Assembly (NCBI GenBank): GCA_903895725.1
Contig: CAITUV010000019.1
Coordinates: 36,368 to 100,367, forward strand
DNA from: an uncultured Myxococcales bacterium
Lineage (GTDB): Bacteria; Myxococcota_A; UBA9042; CAIXZC01
Reading direction: 5' to 3'
Length of the DNA: 64,000 nucleotides
The notes under the pieces: model-generated
Databases searched by the model: none
What the model was told of the DNA's origin: nothing
Seen by the model: the letters and a program-made list of their open reading frames with translations, nothing else
Made by a program: the position numbers and the translations under genes
Shown here: piece by piece, positions 18,416-28,353 of the stretch
Layout of the letters: each line of letters opens with the position of its first letter
How positions within the stretch are numbered: the first letter of the stretch is position 1

Positions 18416-19774
18416 TCAAGGAAGCGGAGGCGCTGGAGCAGCGGTTCCCTCTGTAGCGGCGTTGGAAGCGTCCTCCCCCGCTCCTGCCGGAGCCTTCTTC
18501 GGGAACGGTTCGAGGTACATGGCCCCGACCAGCAGGGTACCGCTGGGCGGATAGACATCCTTGGCGTCCACGTAGACGACGACGCGGCGCAGCTCTTCCG
18601 AGGCCCCCCGCCGAAGCGTCTTGGCGATGGGGAAATGATAGCGGCGCCAATGGTCCTGGAGCCGCTTGATCTTGAAGGTACGCTTCGAACCGTTGCTCCC
18701 TTCCACGGCCACGTAGACCGGCGTGGCCGGGGTGTGCACCGCATCCCCTTTCATCCAGAGTACCAGCTGGTCATAGTCCGCTGCCGGTGCCGGAATCCCG
18801 ATGCGCTCCGAGAAGCCGATGAAGGCATCCCCCTTGCCCAGGATCTTGGCCTTCGAGACGTGGTAGGCGAGGAACAGGAACGGCGTGTCTCCGGACGGGC
18901 CGACCCGCCGACCGAGCCCGACGCGACATTTTCCGCCACCGTCGAGAACGTCCCGGGTAGTCCCGGTTCCCGTTCTCTCCGCATCTGCAAACGGGTCGAG
19001 CATCACGGCATTCCCGTCCCACGTGGGAGCGATGCGCTCGTGGATCCTCAGGTGCGCCTTCTCCTCGGTACCCGAGCTGGTCTTGCCGATGACCAGAACC
19101 TGCTCGGGGGAAGGAGGAAGGTCGAGCTCGAGCACGATGTCCGGGCTAACGGTCCCAGTCTCGAGGACCGTCTCCCCGGCCCGCAGCGCGGTGAAGGATA
19201 GCTGCTCATGACGATTCAGGTAGAGCGTCCGGTCCCACCAGACGGCAACGGGCGAGGCCACCTTCTGCCCGGGAACCGGGTACGAGAAGACCACCGATTC
19301 CATGAAGACCGCCTTCTTGATGTCCAGGCGGACCTCCCGCTCGAGCCGGCCGAACGAGCCCGATGCCTCGGCCAGGAACGTGATTCCCGAGCCTCGGCAT
19401 TCGGAAGGGACCTTGTAGACCAGCCGATTGCCTGTTGCCTGGAGCTCTCCCCCGCATGGGTCCTGTCGTGCCGAGAACTTGAAGTCGGGCTCCTCCCCCA
19501 CCGGGGCGGGAACCACCTGGACTTCGATGACGACCTCACGCCCGGGAACCGCCATGTCCGGGTAGATGCGCAGGTGCAGCGACCGGGCCACCGATTCCGA
19601 GATCGGGGCCGACAGTCCCAGCCCCCCTCCGCTTCCGTCCGCGGGCATCGCCCCCGACTGCGGAAGAACCTCCTCCCCACGCTGGCAGCCGCTCGACCAT
19701 GCGAAGGCCATGACCATCACCAGGGCAGGCAGGAGCCGCCTGGACCCTGAACCCCGGACCCCGGACCCCGCCAT
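18416..19774 (-). CDS. Hypothetical secreted lipoprotein.
   Basis: 452 aa with signal and lipobox (LVMVMAFAWSSGCQ); no recognisable catalytic motifs. Confidence 0.5.
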   Translation of the reverse strand: MAGSGVRGSGSRRLLPALVMVMAFAWSSGCQRGEEVLPQSGAMPADGSGGGLGLSAPISESVARSLHLRIYPDMAVPGREVVIEVQVVPAPVGEEPDFKFSARQDPCGGELQATGNRLVYKVPSECRGSGITFLAEASGSFGRLEREVRLDIKKAVFMESVVFSYPVPGQKVASPVAVWWDRTLYLNRHEQLSFTALRAGETVLETGTVSPDIVLELDLPPSPEQVLVIGKTSSGTEEKAHLRIHERIAPTWDGNAVMLDPFADAERTGTGTTRDVLDGGGKCRVGLGRRVGPSGDTPFLFLAYHVSKAKILGKGDAFIGFSERIGIPAPAADYDQLVLWMKGDAVHTPATPVYVAVEGSNGSKRTFKIKRLQDHWRRYHFPIAKTLRRGASEELRRVVVYVDAKDVYPPSGTLLVGAMYLEPFPKKAPAGAGEDASNAATEGTAAPAPPLP

Positions 19775-19775
19775 C

Positions 19776-21482
19776 TCACACCTCCAGCATGAAGTTGCCT
19801 TCGAAGACCGCCTTGTAGTCCACGGCCAGCCCTCCCCAGTGCATCGCCGGGGCCAGCACCAGCCAGGCTACGAACAGCGCCACCAGCCACCCCCGTCTCG
19901 GGTGACGGAGCCGCAGGATCCACTCGACCCCCCAGCCGGCCAGCAGAGCCAGCGGAGGCAACAGGGCCAGGGAGACCCGTCCGCCTCGGTACGTCCCGGT
20001 CATGTCCACGTGGAACCACACCACGGCAGCCACCGCCAGCCACAGGACTGACACGACGAAGAGCGCACGGTCTTCACGCCACGGCCTGCACGCCAGCCCG
20101 AGCACCACCAGGACCGGCACCACGAGCGGAATCCTCGCCGGTGCCAACCACCAGTGCAGCAGATTCGCAAACGGCGCTGCCGGGTCCACAGACCAGGCCA
20201 GGAACTCCCCTTCGAACGGTGGTGCGGACGACAGCGTTCCCACTCGAATCCCCGCCACGGCGAGCATGACCACGGTGGGCACAAAGAACGAGGGCCTCCT
20301 CCATTCCCGGACCGGTACTGCGACGAACGACACGCCCAGCAACGCCAGTCCCAGCACCGGGGCCTCGGGCCTCATGAATACGGTGAACAGGAATAGAGCG
20401 GCCGCCATCCAATGGGCCCCCCATTCCCGTGTCCGCGCATGGACCACGAGGGCCAGCAACGTCATCACGGAGAACGCCACCAGCGGGATCATCGGTGAGA
20501 TCGAGGCCGACACGGCCACGTGCCCGGGCAGAGTCGCGACGACGAGCCCGGCAGCCAGCGGTCCCAGAGTCCCCGGCATGGCCAGCGAGGCAACGGCAAA
20601 TGTCCCCGCTGCCGTCAATGCCCCAAGCACCACGTTGAGCACGGCCACTCCTTCGAGCGAGACGGTCGTGAACCGCGCCATCGTTCCGAGATACCAGGCC
20701 GCAGACACATGGGGCAGCTCGTCTGCCGGAACCCAGACGCCGTTGAGCTCCCCGCCCGGCAGGACGAGAAACGCAGCGATGCGCAGGCCCAGGGCCAGTG
20801 CCGTCACTCCCACCAGCCCCCACCACCATCCCAGCGATCTTCCAGCAAAAGTGCGCCGCAACGCCCCCGCCCCGGCCCCCAGCGCGACCAGGAGCATCAG
20901 CACGAAGAAGTCGCCCATCAGCTCGGTGAAGTGCACCTTTCGCACCGACGGAGCGACCCGCCGGGCCTGCTCGGAGGCGGCCTCTTCCTTCGGGGCTGCC
21001 GGCCAGAACGAGCCGTCATCGTTCCGTACGATGGCCTCGACCACGGGGCCGGTCACCGCCGGGTCCCCCTCGGTCACGATGACGAAGCTGCGGCTCTTCG
21101 TGCCCCCGTCCACCGAAACTTCTGGAGGCAGGAGGTGAACCGTTGCAAGGCTCTCTCCTTTCTTCAGGACGAGGCCGACTCGGTGACGGTCCAACGTGAT
21201 CCCGTCCAGGACGAACCCCTGGGCAACCTGGCCATCGAGCTGGAACGGCAAAACCAGCGCCTTGACCCGGTCCGCCATCTCCGGAACGACCTTGTAGCGG
21301 CTCGATGCCTGGTCCAGCTTCTCGAGGTCCGCGGAGGTCAGCTCCACGGCGGCTGCCGAGGCGCAGGACGGAAAGAGCGGCCAGCCCCCGGGCCCCTGGT
21401 TCCCGGCGGGTGCGGCCAGGAGCCAGACCGCACAGAACGCGCAGAACGCAGCGACCTTGGCTGCAGCAAAACTCCCTGTCAT
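19776..21482 (-). CDS. Polytopic membrane protein, possibly a GT-C type glycosyltransferase. Start is uncertain, between 21482 and 21629.
   Basis: More than 10 predicted TM helices. Lies immediately downstream of the phosphohexomutase on the same strand. Confidence 0.45.
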   Translation of the reverse strand: MTGSFAAAKVAAFCAFCAVWLLAAPAGNQGPGGWPLFPSCASAAAVELTSADLEKLDQASSRYKVVPEMADRVKALVLPFQLDGQVAQGFVLDGITLDRHRVGLVLKKGESLATVHLLPPEVSVDGGTKSRSFVIVTEGDPAVTGPVVEAIVRNDDGSFWPAAPKEEAASEQARRVAPSVRKVHFTELMGDFFVLMLLVALGAGAGALRRTFAGRSLGWWWGLVGVTALALGLRIAAFLVLPGGELNGVWVPADELPHVSAAWYLGTMARFTTVSLEGVAVLNVVLGALTAAGTFAVASLAMPGTLGPLAAGLVVATLPGHVAVSASISPMIPLVAFSVMTLLALVVHARTREWGAHWMAAALFLFTVFMRPEAPVLGLALLGVSFVAVPVREWRRPSFFVPTVVMLAVAGIRVGTLSSAPPFEGEFLAWSVDPAAPFANLLHWWLAPARIPLVVPVLVVLGLACRPWREDRALFVVSVLWLAVAAVVWFHVDMTGTYRGGRVSLALLPPLALLAGWGVEWILRLRHPRRGWLVALFVAWLVLAPAMHWGGLAVDYKAVFEGNFMLEV

Positions 21483-21571
21483 GGACCGTTCCCCATCTTC
21501 GAGACCGATGCTCACTCTCCCCTCCGCGGCTCCGACTGGCTCTCCGCCGACATGCTGCACTCTGCCCACCC

Positions 21572-23887
21572 TCACGCCGACATTCTGCCGACCAGGTCGG
21601 CGAGCCGGGATGCCAGCGGCTCCGGCCAACTCTTCCCGAGGGCAGCCATTCCTGCCTTCAACATCGGGAACGGGGCCACTTCCGCCACGAGCGAAGTGGC
21701 CGCTTGCAGCGTGGCTCCGGTCACCTCCCCGGCGGAGAGCAGCTCCCGCAAACGGGGCTCGACGGACCGGATGAACTGCAGCTTACGATGGAGGGCCACC
21801 CCGCCCCCGAAGTGCGTCGCATAGGCCGGGTAGTCGATGCCGATCCGACGCATCATTTCCTGCTCCCACGCGCTCAGCAGCTCGGCCAGATCCCGGTCCA
21901 CCTTCTCCGCCGCGGCCGTGACCGCGTCGTCGGCCGCCCCCTCTCCCAGGGGCAGGGTGCTCTGCTCCGCGTAGCTCTTGCTCTTCGGCTCGGTACCGGA
22001 CGGCCGAAGGATCACCCTTGCTCCCCCCTCCAGCTCGAACACGAGGACGTCGCGGGAGGCCCGATCGGTCTCGCTCCGGATGGCCCCGAAGACGCCTGCC
22101 GGATCCTGACGATCGTGGAAGGAGAGCACCTTGCGCCCCGCAATCGAATCCGGCGGATCCCTTCGCAGGCTCTCCTGCACCCGGCGGATGTCGGTGAGCC
22201 CCTGGACTCCCTCCATGGTCACCGACTTGAGGGCCGTTCCCACGTAGCCGAACTTCTTGTACAGCCCCAGCAGCCGGTCCAGCACCGTCACCCCTTCGGC
22301 CCGGCATCGCTCGGCCAGCTCGGCCAGGAGCAGAGCGCCGTTTGCCGCATCCTTGTCCCGGATCACGGGCGATGCCAGCACGCCGTGGCTCTCCTCCATG
22401 GCCATCAGGAAGTCCGCATCGGTCGCGACGAAGGTCCCCCAGCGTCCCGTGCGATGGACCGAGTCCAGCACGTCGCCGATGTACTTGAACCCCACCAGCA
22501 GGTGCCCGATGCACCGAGCCCCATAGGCCGTTGCCATCTGCTGGACCAGGTTGGTCGTCACTTCGGTCTTGACCAGGAACGAGGAGGGGGAAAGCGCTCC
22601 CCGGGACTTTCGCGTCTCGAGAACGTGCCACGCCATGAGCAGACCGATCTGGTTGCCCGTCAGGCAGCGCCACTTCCCCCTGGAATCCGGCAATGCGACG
22701 CCCAGCCGATCTGCGTCGGGGTCGGTGGCCATCGCCATGTCGCACCCGTTCTCCCGGGCCACCCGAATAACCTCTTCCATGGCGCTGGGCACTTCCGGAT
22801 TCGGGGTCAGGAAGGGAACCGTGGGGAACGCTCCGTCGAAGCTCGCCTGCCTGTCGGCCAGGACCGCATCAAACCCGGCTGCCTTCAGGAGCGGCCAGGC
22901 CGTAGTGAGCCCTGTTCCGTGAAGCGACGAAAATGCGATGCGGGCGCGGCCCTTGGGAATCGCACGGTCGAGCAGGGCCAGGTTGGCCGCCTGGTAGTCC
23001 GCCCGCTGCGCCGGTGTGAGGAAACGAACCAGCCCCCGGGCGCAGGCGTCGTCGAACGACAGGCTGGTGGCATCCCGCACTCCGGCGGCGATCTCGACGA
23101 GCTCCTCGTCGTGCGGCGGGACTTCCTGCCCGCCCGCGGCGTTGTAGAATTTGGCCCCGTTGTCGTCGGGGTGATTGTGCGAGGCCGAAATGTTCAGACC
23201 CCCGTGAGCTCCCATGTGGAAGATGTGGAAGGAAAGCTCCGGTGTGGAGAGGAAGCTTTCCTCCTTCGGGTTCACCATGGTCACCTGGACCCCGTTGGCG
23301 GCGTAGACGCAGGCGGCCATGACCGACAGGTCGCGGGAGGTCATCCCGTAGAGCGCCCCCAGGCTGTCCCGATCGTAGTTCCCTCGCAAGTCGAGGAAGC
23401 AACGGACGTCCGCGGCCACGACTACCCGGAGCTGCCCCTGGGGGAAGCGGGCGCGGAGGAATCGGCAATGCCCCTGGACGGATGTCGTGACGGTGTAAGG
23501 GTTGATCCGGTTGGGCCCCGGCCCCACGGGTCCCCGGCGTCCCCCGGTGCCGAAGGGCAGCATGGTGTAGAAGCTGTCCAGCAGCAGAGAGAACTTCTTC
23601 CGTTTCACGAGCGAGGCCACGGCAGGGACGTAGCTGGAGAACCTCTCTTGCGAGAGCCACTCCCGCAGTGCGGCCACGGCAGCAGCCTTCGCGTCCGCGT
23701 GCGCCCCCGTTCCTTCGATTCCTTCCACCCCTTCGAGCAACACCGAATCGATCCGATTGTCCACCGGCACCCTCCGAGTTTCCGCAATGCCCGCAAGTTC
23801 CACGGTCCGCCACCGGACCAACGTTCGGACTGTGCCATTTCCAATAGCAACAAAGCGCCTCCGCGTCAAGCTGGCTGCCGTCTCCAC
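21572..23887 (-). CDS. Alpha-D-phosphohexomutase family protein (phosphoglucomutase/phosphomannomutase) with a C-terminal extension.
   Basis: Active-site serine loop SASHNHPDDNG and the FGTGGRRG phosphate-binding-like loop. 771 aa. Confidence 0.7.
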   Translation of the reverse strand: METAASLTRRRFVAIGNGTVRTLVRWRTVELAGIAETRRVPVDNRIDSVLLEGVEGIEGTGAHADAKAAAVAALREWLSQERFSSYVPAVASLVKRKKFSLLLDSFYTMLPFGTGGRRGPVGPGPNRINPYTVTTSVQGHCRFLRARFPQGQLRVVVAADVRCFLDLRGNYDRDSLGALYGMTSRDLSVMAACVYAANGVQVTMVNPKEESFLSTPELSFHIFHMGAHGGLNISASHNHPDDNGAKFYNAAGGQEVPPHDEELVEIAAGVRDATSLSFDDACARGLVRFLTPAQRADYQAANLALLDRAIPKGRARIAFSSLHGTGLTTAWPLLKAAGFDAVLADRQASFDGAFPTVPFLTPNPEVPSAMEEVIRVARENGCDMAMATDPDADRLGVALPDSRGKWRCLTGNQIGLLMAWHVLETRKSRGALSPSSFLVKTEVTTNLVQQMATAYGARCIGHLLVGFKYIGDVLDSVHRTGRWGTFVATDADFLMAMEESHGVLASPVIRDKDAANGALLLAELAERCRAEGVTVLDRLLGLYKKFGYVGTALKSVTMEGVQGLTDIRRVQESLRRDPPDSIAGRKVLSFHDRQDPAGVFGAIRSETDRASRDVLVFELEGGARVILRPSGTEPKSKSYAEQSTLPLGEGAADDAVTAAAEKVDRDLAELLSAWEQEMMRRIGIDYPAYATHFGGGVALHRKLQFIRSVEPRLRELLSAGEVTGATLQAATSLVAEVAPFPMLKAGMAALGKSWPEPLASRLADLVGRMSA

Positions 23888-24012
23888 CCGCTCGCTCTTT
23901 TGGTTTGACCTCTCCTCCCGATTCAGTTACTTTTGCTGCCGGCGTGCAGCGGGTTGACAACAGGGCGGGGTCGGGGCTCCGGGGGCCGCTGCCGGCGGGA
24001 GCGGGGGTTGCC

Positions 24013-24246
24013 GTGGACAAGTGGAAAGACTACGGCAGGCATATTCGCAACACCGTCTCCTTCTCCACGGTGGGAATCGAGATGGGCCTCTCGGTCGGGC
24101 TGGGGTACCTGCTCGGTGACTGGCTCGATTCCAGGCTTGGAACCGGGCCCTGGGCCATGATAGGCCTCGTCCTGCTGGGCAGTGCGGCCGGATTTCTGGG
24201 CCTTGCCCGTGCCCTGAAACGATTGAAGAAGCTGGGTGATGACTAG
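24013..24246 (+). CDS. atpZ: AtpZ-like small membrane protein of the F0 operon. Track start is 23905; GTG 24013 gives a typical 78-aa product.
   Basis: Two TM helices (FSTVGIEMGLSVGLGYLLGDWLD; GPWAMIGLVLLGSAAGFLGLARAL) and a position directly upstream of atpI-atpB-atpE. Confidence 0.45.
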   Translation: MDKWKDYGRHIRNTVSFSTVGIEMGLSVGLGYLLGDWLDSRLGTGPWAMIGLVLLGSAAGFLGLARALKRLKKLGDD

Positions 24247-24616
24247 CAGGCTGGTTTGGAGAACAATCGCGTTGCAGGCGGTCCTGGTGATCGCCGGTAC
24301 GCTCGTCGCTGTGGCACTTTCCGGGGCTGACGTGGCCCTGGCAATCCTTGCTGCCGGTGTCGTTTCCTGCCTCGACCTGCTGCTCATCGGTCATGCCAGC
24401 CGCCGGTTGGCCGCAGGCCCGGTCCGCGGCCGGTTCTTCTATGTTGCGGCCCTTGCGGCCAAGTTTCCCGTGCTGATCGCGGCCGTCTATGTTCTCGTCG
24501 TGCCGCTGGCCATGGACCCCCTGGGACTTACCCTCGGGTTCTCCACTCTCGTCATTGCCATTCTCTACGCGGCCGTCGGCCAGAACCGTGCCGAACGGCA
24601 GGGAGCGACCCCATGA
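24236..24616 (+). CDS. atpI: ATP synthase protein I (AtpI).
   Basis: 126 aa, 3-4 TM helices, directly precedes atpB with a 4-nt overlap. Confidence 0.55.
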   Translation: MMTSRLVWRTIALQAVLVIAGTLVAVALSGADVALAILAAGVVSCLDLLLIGHASRRLAAGPVRGRFFYVAALAAKFPVLIAAVYVLVVPLAMDPLGLTLGFSTLVIAILYAAVGQNRAERQGATP

Positions 24617-25497
24617 GCGGGAAAACCAAGGGCATCGTCATCGCTCTCGTGGTGGCAGGCCTCATCGGCGTTTCGTTCGCGATCCCCGATGTCAAGGGCC
24701 ACCTTCCGCCTCATACACCCGAGGGCGAGCACTGGTCGCTCCTGGTCCAGTTCTTCCCAGGCCTCGTCCACAACCTGCATGCCCTCATCGCACCCCACAA
24801 GACGTGGATCGCCGGTGAGGTACCCGGCCGCGTGTCCCACATGGTCATGGCCGTCGTGGTGGCGCTGCTGGCCGTCGGCGTCGGCATACTCGTGAAGCGG
24901 CGCACGACCCGGGCCGACGGAGGCCTCCAGCCCGACAGCCGGTTCGGCGCCGTTGCGTTCATCGAAGTGCTGTGCGAGGCAGTCCTCTCGCTCATGGAGG
25001 GGATCATGGGTGAGAAGAATGCCCGCCGCTACTTCCCGCTCATCGCCTCCCTGGCGGTCTTCATTCTCTTCTCGAACCTCCTGGGCATGATCCCCGGCCT
25101 CGTCCCCCCGACCGACAGCCTCTCCACGACGCTGGCCCTGGGTACCGTGGTCTTCGTGTCGACGCACTACCTGGGCGTGCGCGAGCACGGCATCTCCTAC
25201 TTCAAGCACTTCCTCGGTCCGATCGTGAAGTGGTATGCGCTTCCCCTCATGGTCCTGATGCTGCTCATCGAGACCGTGAGCCACCTGGTGAGGCCGTGCA
25301 GCCTCGCAGTCCGACTCATGGGCAACATCATGGGGGACCACAAGGTGCTGTTCATCTTCCTGTCGTTCGGGATGCTCCTGGTGCCCCTGCCCATCGTGGC
25401 ACTGGGACTTCTCGTTGCCGTCGTTCAGACCCTGGTCTTCAGTCTGCTGTCGATCGTCTATATTGCGCTTGCAATCGAGCATCAAGAAGGACACTAA
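24613..25497 (+). CDS. atpB: F0F1 ATP synthase subunit a.
   Basis: 294 aa with C-terminal subunit-a signature ([19 protein letters not shown] ... essential Arg context). Confidence 0.85.
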   Translation: MSGKTKGIVIALVVAGLIGVSFAIPDVKGHLPPHTPEGEHWSLLVQFFPGLVHNLHALIAPHKTWIAGEVPGRVSHMVMAVVVALLAVGVGILVKRRTTRADGGLQPDSRFGAVAFIEVLCEAVLSLMEGIMGEKNARRYFPLIASLAVFILFSNLLGMIPGLVPPTDSLSTTLALGTVVFVSTHYLGVREHGISYFKHFLGPIVKWYALPLMVLMLLIETVSHLVRPCSLAVRLMGNIMGDHKVLFIFLSFGMLLVPLPIVALGLLVAVVQTLVFSLLSIVYIALAIEHQEGH

Positions 25498-25520
25498 TCG
25501 CCAAGGGAGGAGGTCGTCCA

Positions 25521-25865
25521 ATGTCGAACAAACTGTCGAGAATGGCTGTGAGCGTGGTGGTCTTCCTGGCCGGAGCCCTGGTACCGGTGTTGGCCTTTGC
25601 CCAGGATGCGGCGGGGAATGACAACCTTTTCTCCCAGAACATGTATCTGGCCCTGGCAGCCGGCTTCGGAATTGCCGTGGCCGCTTTCGGCGGAGCCCTC
25701 GGGCAGGGCAAGGCCGCTGCCGCCGCACTCGAAGGCATCGCACGCAATCCGGGGGCCGCTGGCAAGATCCTCACCCCCATGATCCTGGCGCTCGCCCTCA
25801 TCGAGTCGCTCGTGATCTATGCGCTCATCATTGCGTTCGTTCTCTCCGGCAAGATCGGCGGCTGA
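25521..25865 (+). CDS. atpE: F0F1 ATP synthase subunit c carrying a 33-aa N-terminal signal-like extension.
   Basis: Mature part [61 protein letters not shown] has the c-ring hairpin with conserved Glu. GGGAGGAGG RBS before ATG 25521. Confidence 0.85.
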   Translation: MSNKLSRMAVSVVVFLAGALVPVLAFAQDAAGNDNLFSQNMYLALAAGFGIAVAAFGGALGQGKAAAAALEGIARNPGAAGKILTPMILALALIESLVIYALIIAFVLSGKIGG

Positions 25866-25943
25866 GCACGAGCCCTCGAGTGCCCTGGACTCCAGCATCC
25901 AGCCGGGTTCTCCCGGATGGGCAGCATTATCTCTCGCCGGGAT

Positions 25944-25969
25944 AGCAACATCTTGTTGCTTTTTCGTTT
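25944..25969 (+). terminator. Candidate intrinsic terminator after atpE.
   Basis: agcaaca-tct-tgttgct hairpin (7-bp stem) followed by ttttcgttt. Confidence 0.4.
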
Positions 25970-26037
25970 GATCCTGGCAGACTATCGGATCGAAGTAGTG
26001 CCCCAGAGAGGAGGCAGACACAGTCTGCCATCAAGAC

Positions 26038-26682
26038 ATGGACCTGTACTCGGTCGCACTGGATTCCCTGAGCTCGGGTGGCGCCCTTGCCAAAGTTGCG
26101 CTCGTCGCATTGGCCTGGACCGCTGCTGCCTGCATCGGAAACCTCACGGAGGCAACCAGAGCCCTGGTCGTCTTCTCCAGGGAGGGACCGGTCATGCCTC
26201 CCCTGCTCCCCCAGTTGGAGCTCAAGTGGTCCGGCACGGAATTCCGCCTGGCCGTCTGGCGATGGATCCGCCGAGCCGGCATGGTCGTCCAGTTCGGGAC
26301 CGTGGCCTGGGCGCTTGCCGGGGCCGGACAGGTGGCCGTCCAGGTGCTTCGCTCCGGGCTGGTCGCCCGAGGATGGAACGAGGAATTGGCTGCGGCTCTG
26401 CGACTGAGCCTGGCCTGCACACTCCTCTTCGTTGCAGGGATCCTCGTCTCTCTGGTGCTCGGCGGGCTCGCCATGCTCGTCTCGGTTCGCGCATCGAGCT
26501 ACGTTCGCGCAAGCCACGCACTGGTCACCCGGGAAGACGTGGAGCGCGTCCGCAAGATGCTCGAGCGCCTCGAGCAGAATGCGCCGCAATCGGAGCTGGC
26601 CCTTGGCGAGCTCTCCAGCCCCACGGAGCTCAGCCCCTCCAGCCAGGCCAGGGGGGCCGGGGCGGAGGACTGGCCGGAATGA
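26038..26682 (+). CDS. Hypothetical integral membrane protein.
   Basis: 214 aa, about 4 TM segments. RBS GAGAGGAGG upstream. Stop overlaps the next start (ATGA). Confidence 0.5.
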   Translation: MDLYSVALDSLSSGGALAKVALVALAWTAAACIGNLTEATRALVVFSREGPVMPPLLPQLELKWSGTEFRLAVWRWIRRAGMVVQFGTVAWALAGAGQVAVQVLRSGLVARGWNEELAAALRLSLACTLLFVAGILVSLVLGGLAMLVSVRASSYVRASHALVTREDVERVRKMLERLEQNAPQSELALGELSSPTELSPSSQARGAGAEDWPE

Positions 26683-28091
26683 CGCTCAAAGAGGCCACCC
26701 GCGCCGTTCTCGAACGAATCGTCATCCAACTCTGGATATGCGCGGCGATCCTGGCGCTGCTGAAGCTGCTGGGCTCCGGCATCGCTCCCCCTCGGCCCAG
26801 CCTTGCAGCACCGGTTGCAGGACAGTGCGCTTCCCCTGGAAGCCAGGAGTTGTGCCGATTCTCTGCGGACCGCGTTCTTCTGGCTCTGGCGGACAAGCCC
26901 TCGGCCGGCTACCTGGCCGCCTGTGCGGCTCGTCCCCCCTGCTTCATGCCGTTCCACGCGAGTTCCGAGGTCTCCCTCTCGTCAGCGCTCGACCGCATCG
27001 AGGCCGTCTGCCCCGAGGTCATCGGTCCCGGCCCCCTCCTCGACCCGAGCAACTCCGACGTCTGCACCGGAACGCCCCGGCCAGGCGCCCTGCACCTCGT
27101 TCAGGAGGATGCCTTGACTCCCGCCCTTCAGGTGCTCGCCGGCCCGTTCGATGAGCAGGGCAACCCGATCCCGGCCACGTCACGGCCTCCCGATCTCACG
27201 CTGTTCCCGGCGGTGGACATCGACTCGACCCTGGAGCGCCTGATCCGCCTGTCGGAACGCTTTCCCGGCGTACCTGACCGCATGGGATTCTGGGATGGAG
27301 CCGCGGCAAGCGGCTGGCTCGTCTTCCCGCTCGTCGGCTTCTCGCCGGGGCCCGCCAACTACTCCGACGCGGTCCAACTGCTCGGCCGCGTGGCCAGGGC
27401 GGTGGTGCCCCCACCTCGTCCGACTCCGGTCGTCGTCGACCTCGCCGGGCTCGCCCCGTGCCCTACGCCGGATGAGCTCAAGCGCCTCATCGAGTCGCTC
27501 GCATCTCTGGGATTCAAGGCCATCGGTCACAGCCTGGACGGCACGTCCCCGGTCCACACTCTTACCGAGGGGCAGGTCGTCAAGGGGCGCATCCTGTCGG
27601 TCGTGGTCACGTCTGATTCCTCGTTCTGCCCCTCGGCATACTCCGTGACCCCGGGCAAGCTCGTCTCCTGGTTCGCCTCCCAGACTCCCGACCCTCCCCC
27701 CTCCGGCGGGCTGACCGTGGTCATCCTCCACTGGCGGGAACCGTCACTGTCGTCCAGCACCCGCACCGCTCTGGTCAACGACCTCATGGCAGCGGGCGCC
27801 TCGGTGGTTGCGGGAGTCGATGCCGGGCCCCCTGGCCCCCTCGTCAGCGGAAAGAGCGGGCTGTCGACGCTCAACCTCGGTACTCTGGTTTCATCGGTCG
27901 GAATCGTGCCGGGCTCTCCCAGGGCCGGCGGAGTCGCCCTCCAGTGCTATCGAGCGCAATCGGGCTCCCTGACCTGCCGGACCGTTCCCATGGCCTCCTC
28001 CCTCGGGATCGGAGTGCCGCTGCTGGACCTGGCCTGCCCGGCCTGCGCCCTGCTGCCCGATTCTCTGCTCGAGGGTCTGTACGGCTCCTGA
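26679..28091 (+). CDS. Hypothetical exported, Pro/Cys-containing protein, translationally coupled to the preceding gene.
   Basis: 470 aa with N-terminal TM/signal (IVIQLWICAAILALLKLL). The in-frame ATG at 26679 overlaps the upstream stop. The 5' part of track ORF 25917..28091 was rejected. Confidence 0.5.
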   Translation: MTLKEATRAVLERIVIQLWICAAILALLKLLGSGIAPPRPSLAAPVAGQCASPGSQELCRFSADRVLLALADKPSAGYLAACAARPPCFMPFHASSEVSLSSALDRIEAVCPEVIGPGPLLDPSNSDVCTGTPRPGALHLVQEDALTPALQVLAGPFDEQGNPIPATSRPPDLTLFPAVDIDSTLERLIRLSERFPGVPDRMGFWDGAAASGWLVFPLVGFSPGPANYSDAVQLLGRVARAVVPPPRPTPVVVDLAGLAPCPTPDELKRLIESLASLGFKAIGHSLDGTSPVHTLTEGQVVKGRILSVVVTSDSSFCPSAYSVTPGKLVSWFASQTPDPPPSGGLTVVILHWREPSLSSSTRTALVNDLMAAGASVVAGVDAGPPGPLVSGKSGLSTLNLGTLVSSVGIVPGSPRAGGVALQCYRAQSGSLTCRTVPMASSLGIGVPLLDLACPACALLPDSLLEGLYGS

Positions 28092-28126
28092 GGTCTCTTG
28101 AATCCGGATGTCCCTTAAATGCAGAA

Positions 28127-28145
28127 GGGCGGCATCAAGCCGCCC
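28127..28145. terminator. GC-rich hairpin between the convergent gene ends at 28091 and 28207.
   Basis: gggcggc-atcaa-gccgccc perfect 7-bp stem, read from the sequence. Confidence 0.35.
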
Positions 28146-28206
28146 CTCTCGCGTACAGCCGAACCCGCCGACGCCGGTACGACCGGCCGCCAGCCGGAAG
28201 GAGAAG

Positions 28207-28353
28207 CTACTTCTTCTCTTCCTTGGCCTCTTCCTTCTTCGGCTCTTCCTTCTTGGTCTCTTCCTTCTTGGTCTCTTCCTTCTTGGCGCAGCCAGCGAAT
28301 CCAAGCACGCCGAACGCAAACACAGCAGCCAGCAGCATCGCAAGTTTCTTCAT
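28207..28353 (-). CDS. Small lipoprotein, 48 aa, with a KKEET repeat tail.
   Basis: Not in the ORF track. Hand translation gives MKKLAMLLAAVFAFGVLGFAGCAKKEETKKEETKKEEPKKEEAKEEKK, with GGAGGAAGG 4 nt upstream of the ATG. Confidence 0.5.
   Translation of the reverse strand: MKKLAMLLAAVFAFGVLGFAGCAKKEETKKEETKKEEPKKEEAKEEKK

Noticed and set aside
25917-26678. 5' part of track ORF 25917..28091 (+).
   Set aside because: It overlaps the better-supported 26038..26682 gene in another frame. The in-frame ATG at 26679 overlaps that gene's stop (ATGA), so the long ORF is a read-through artefact.
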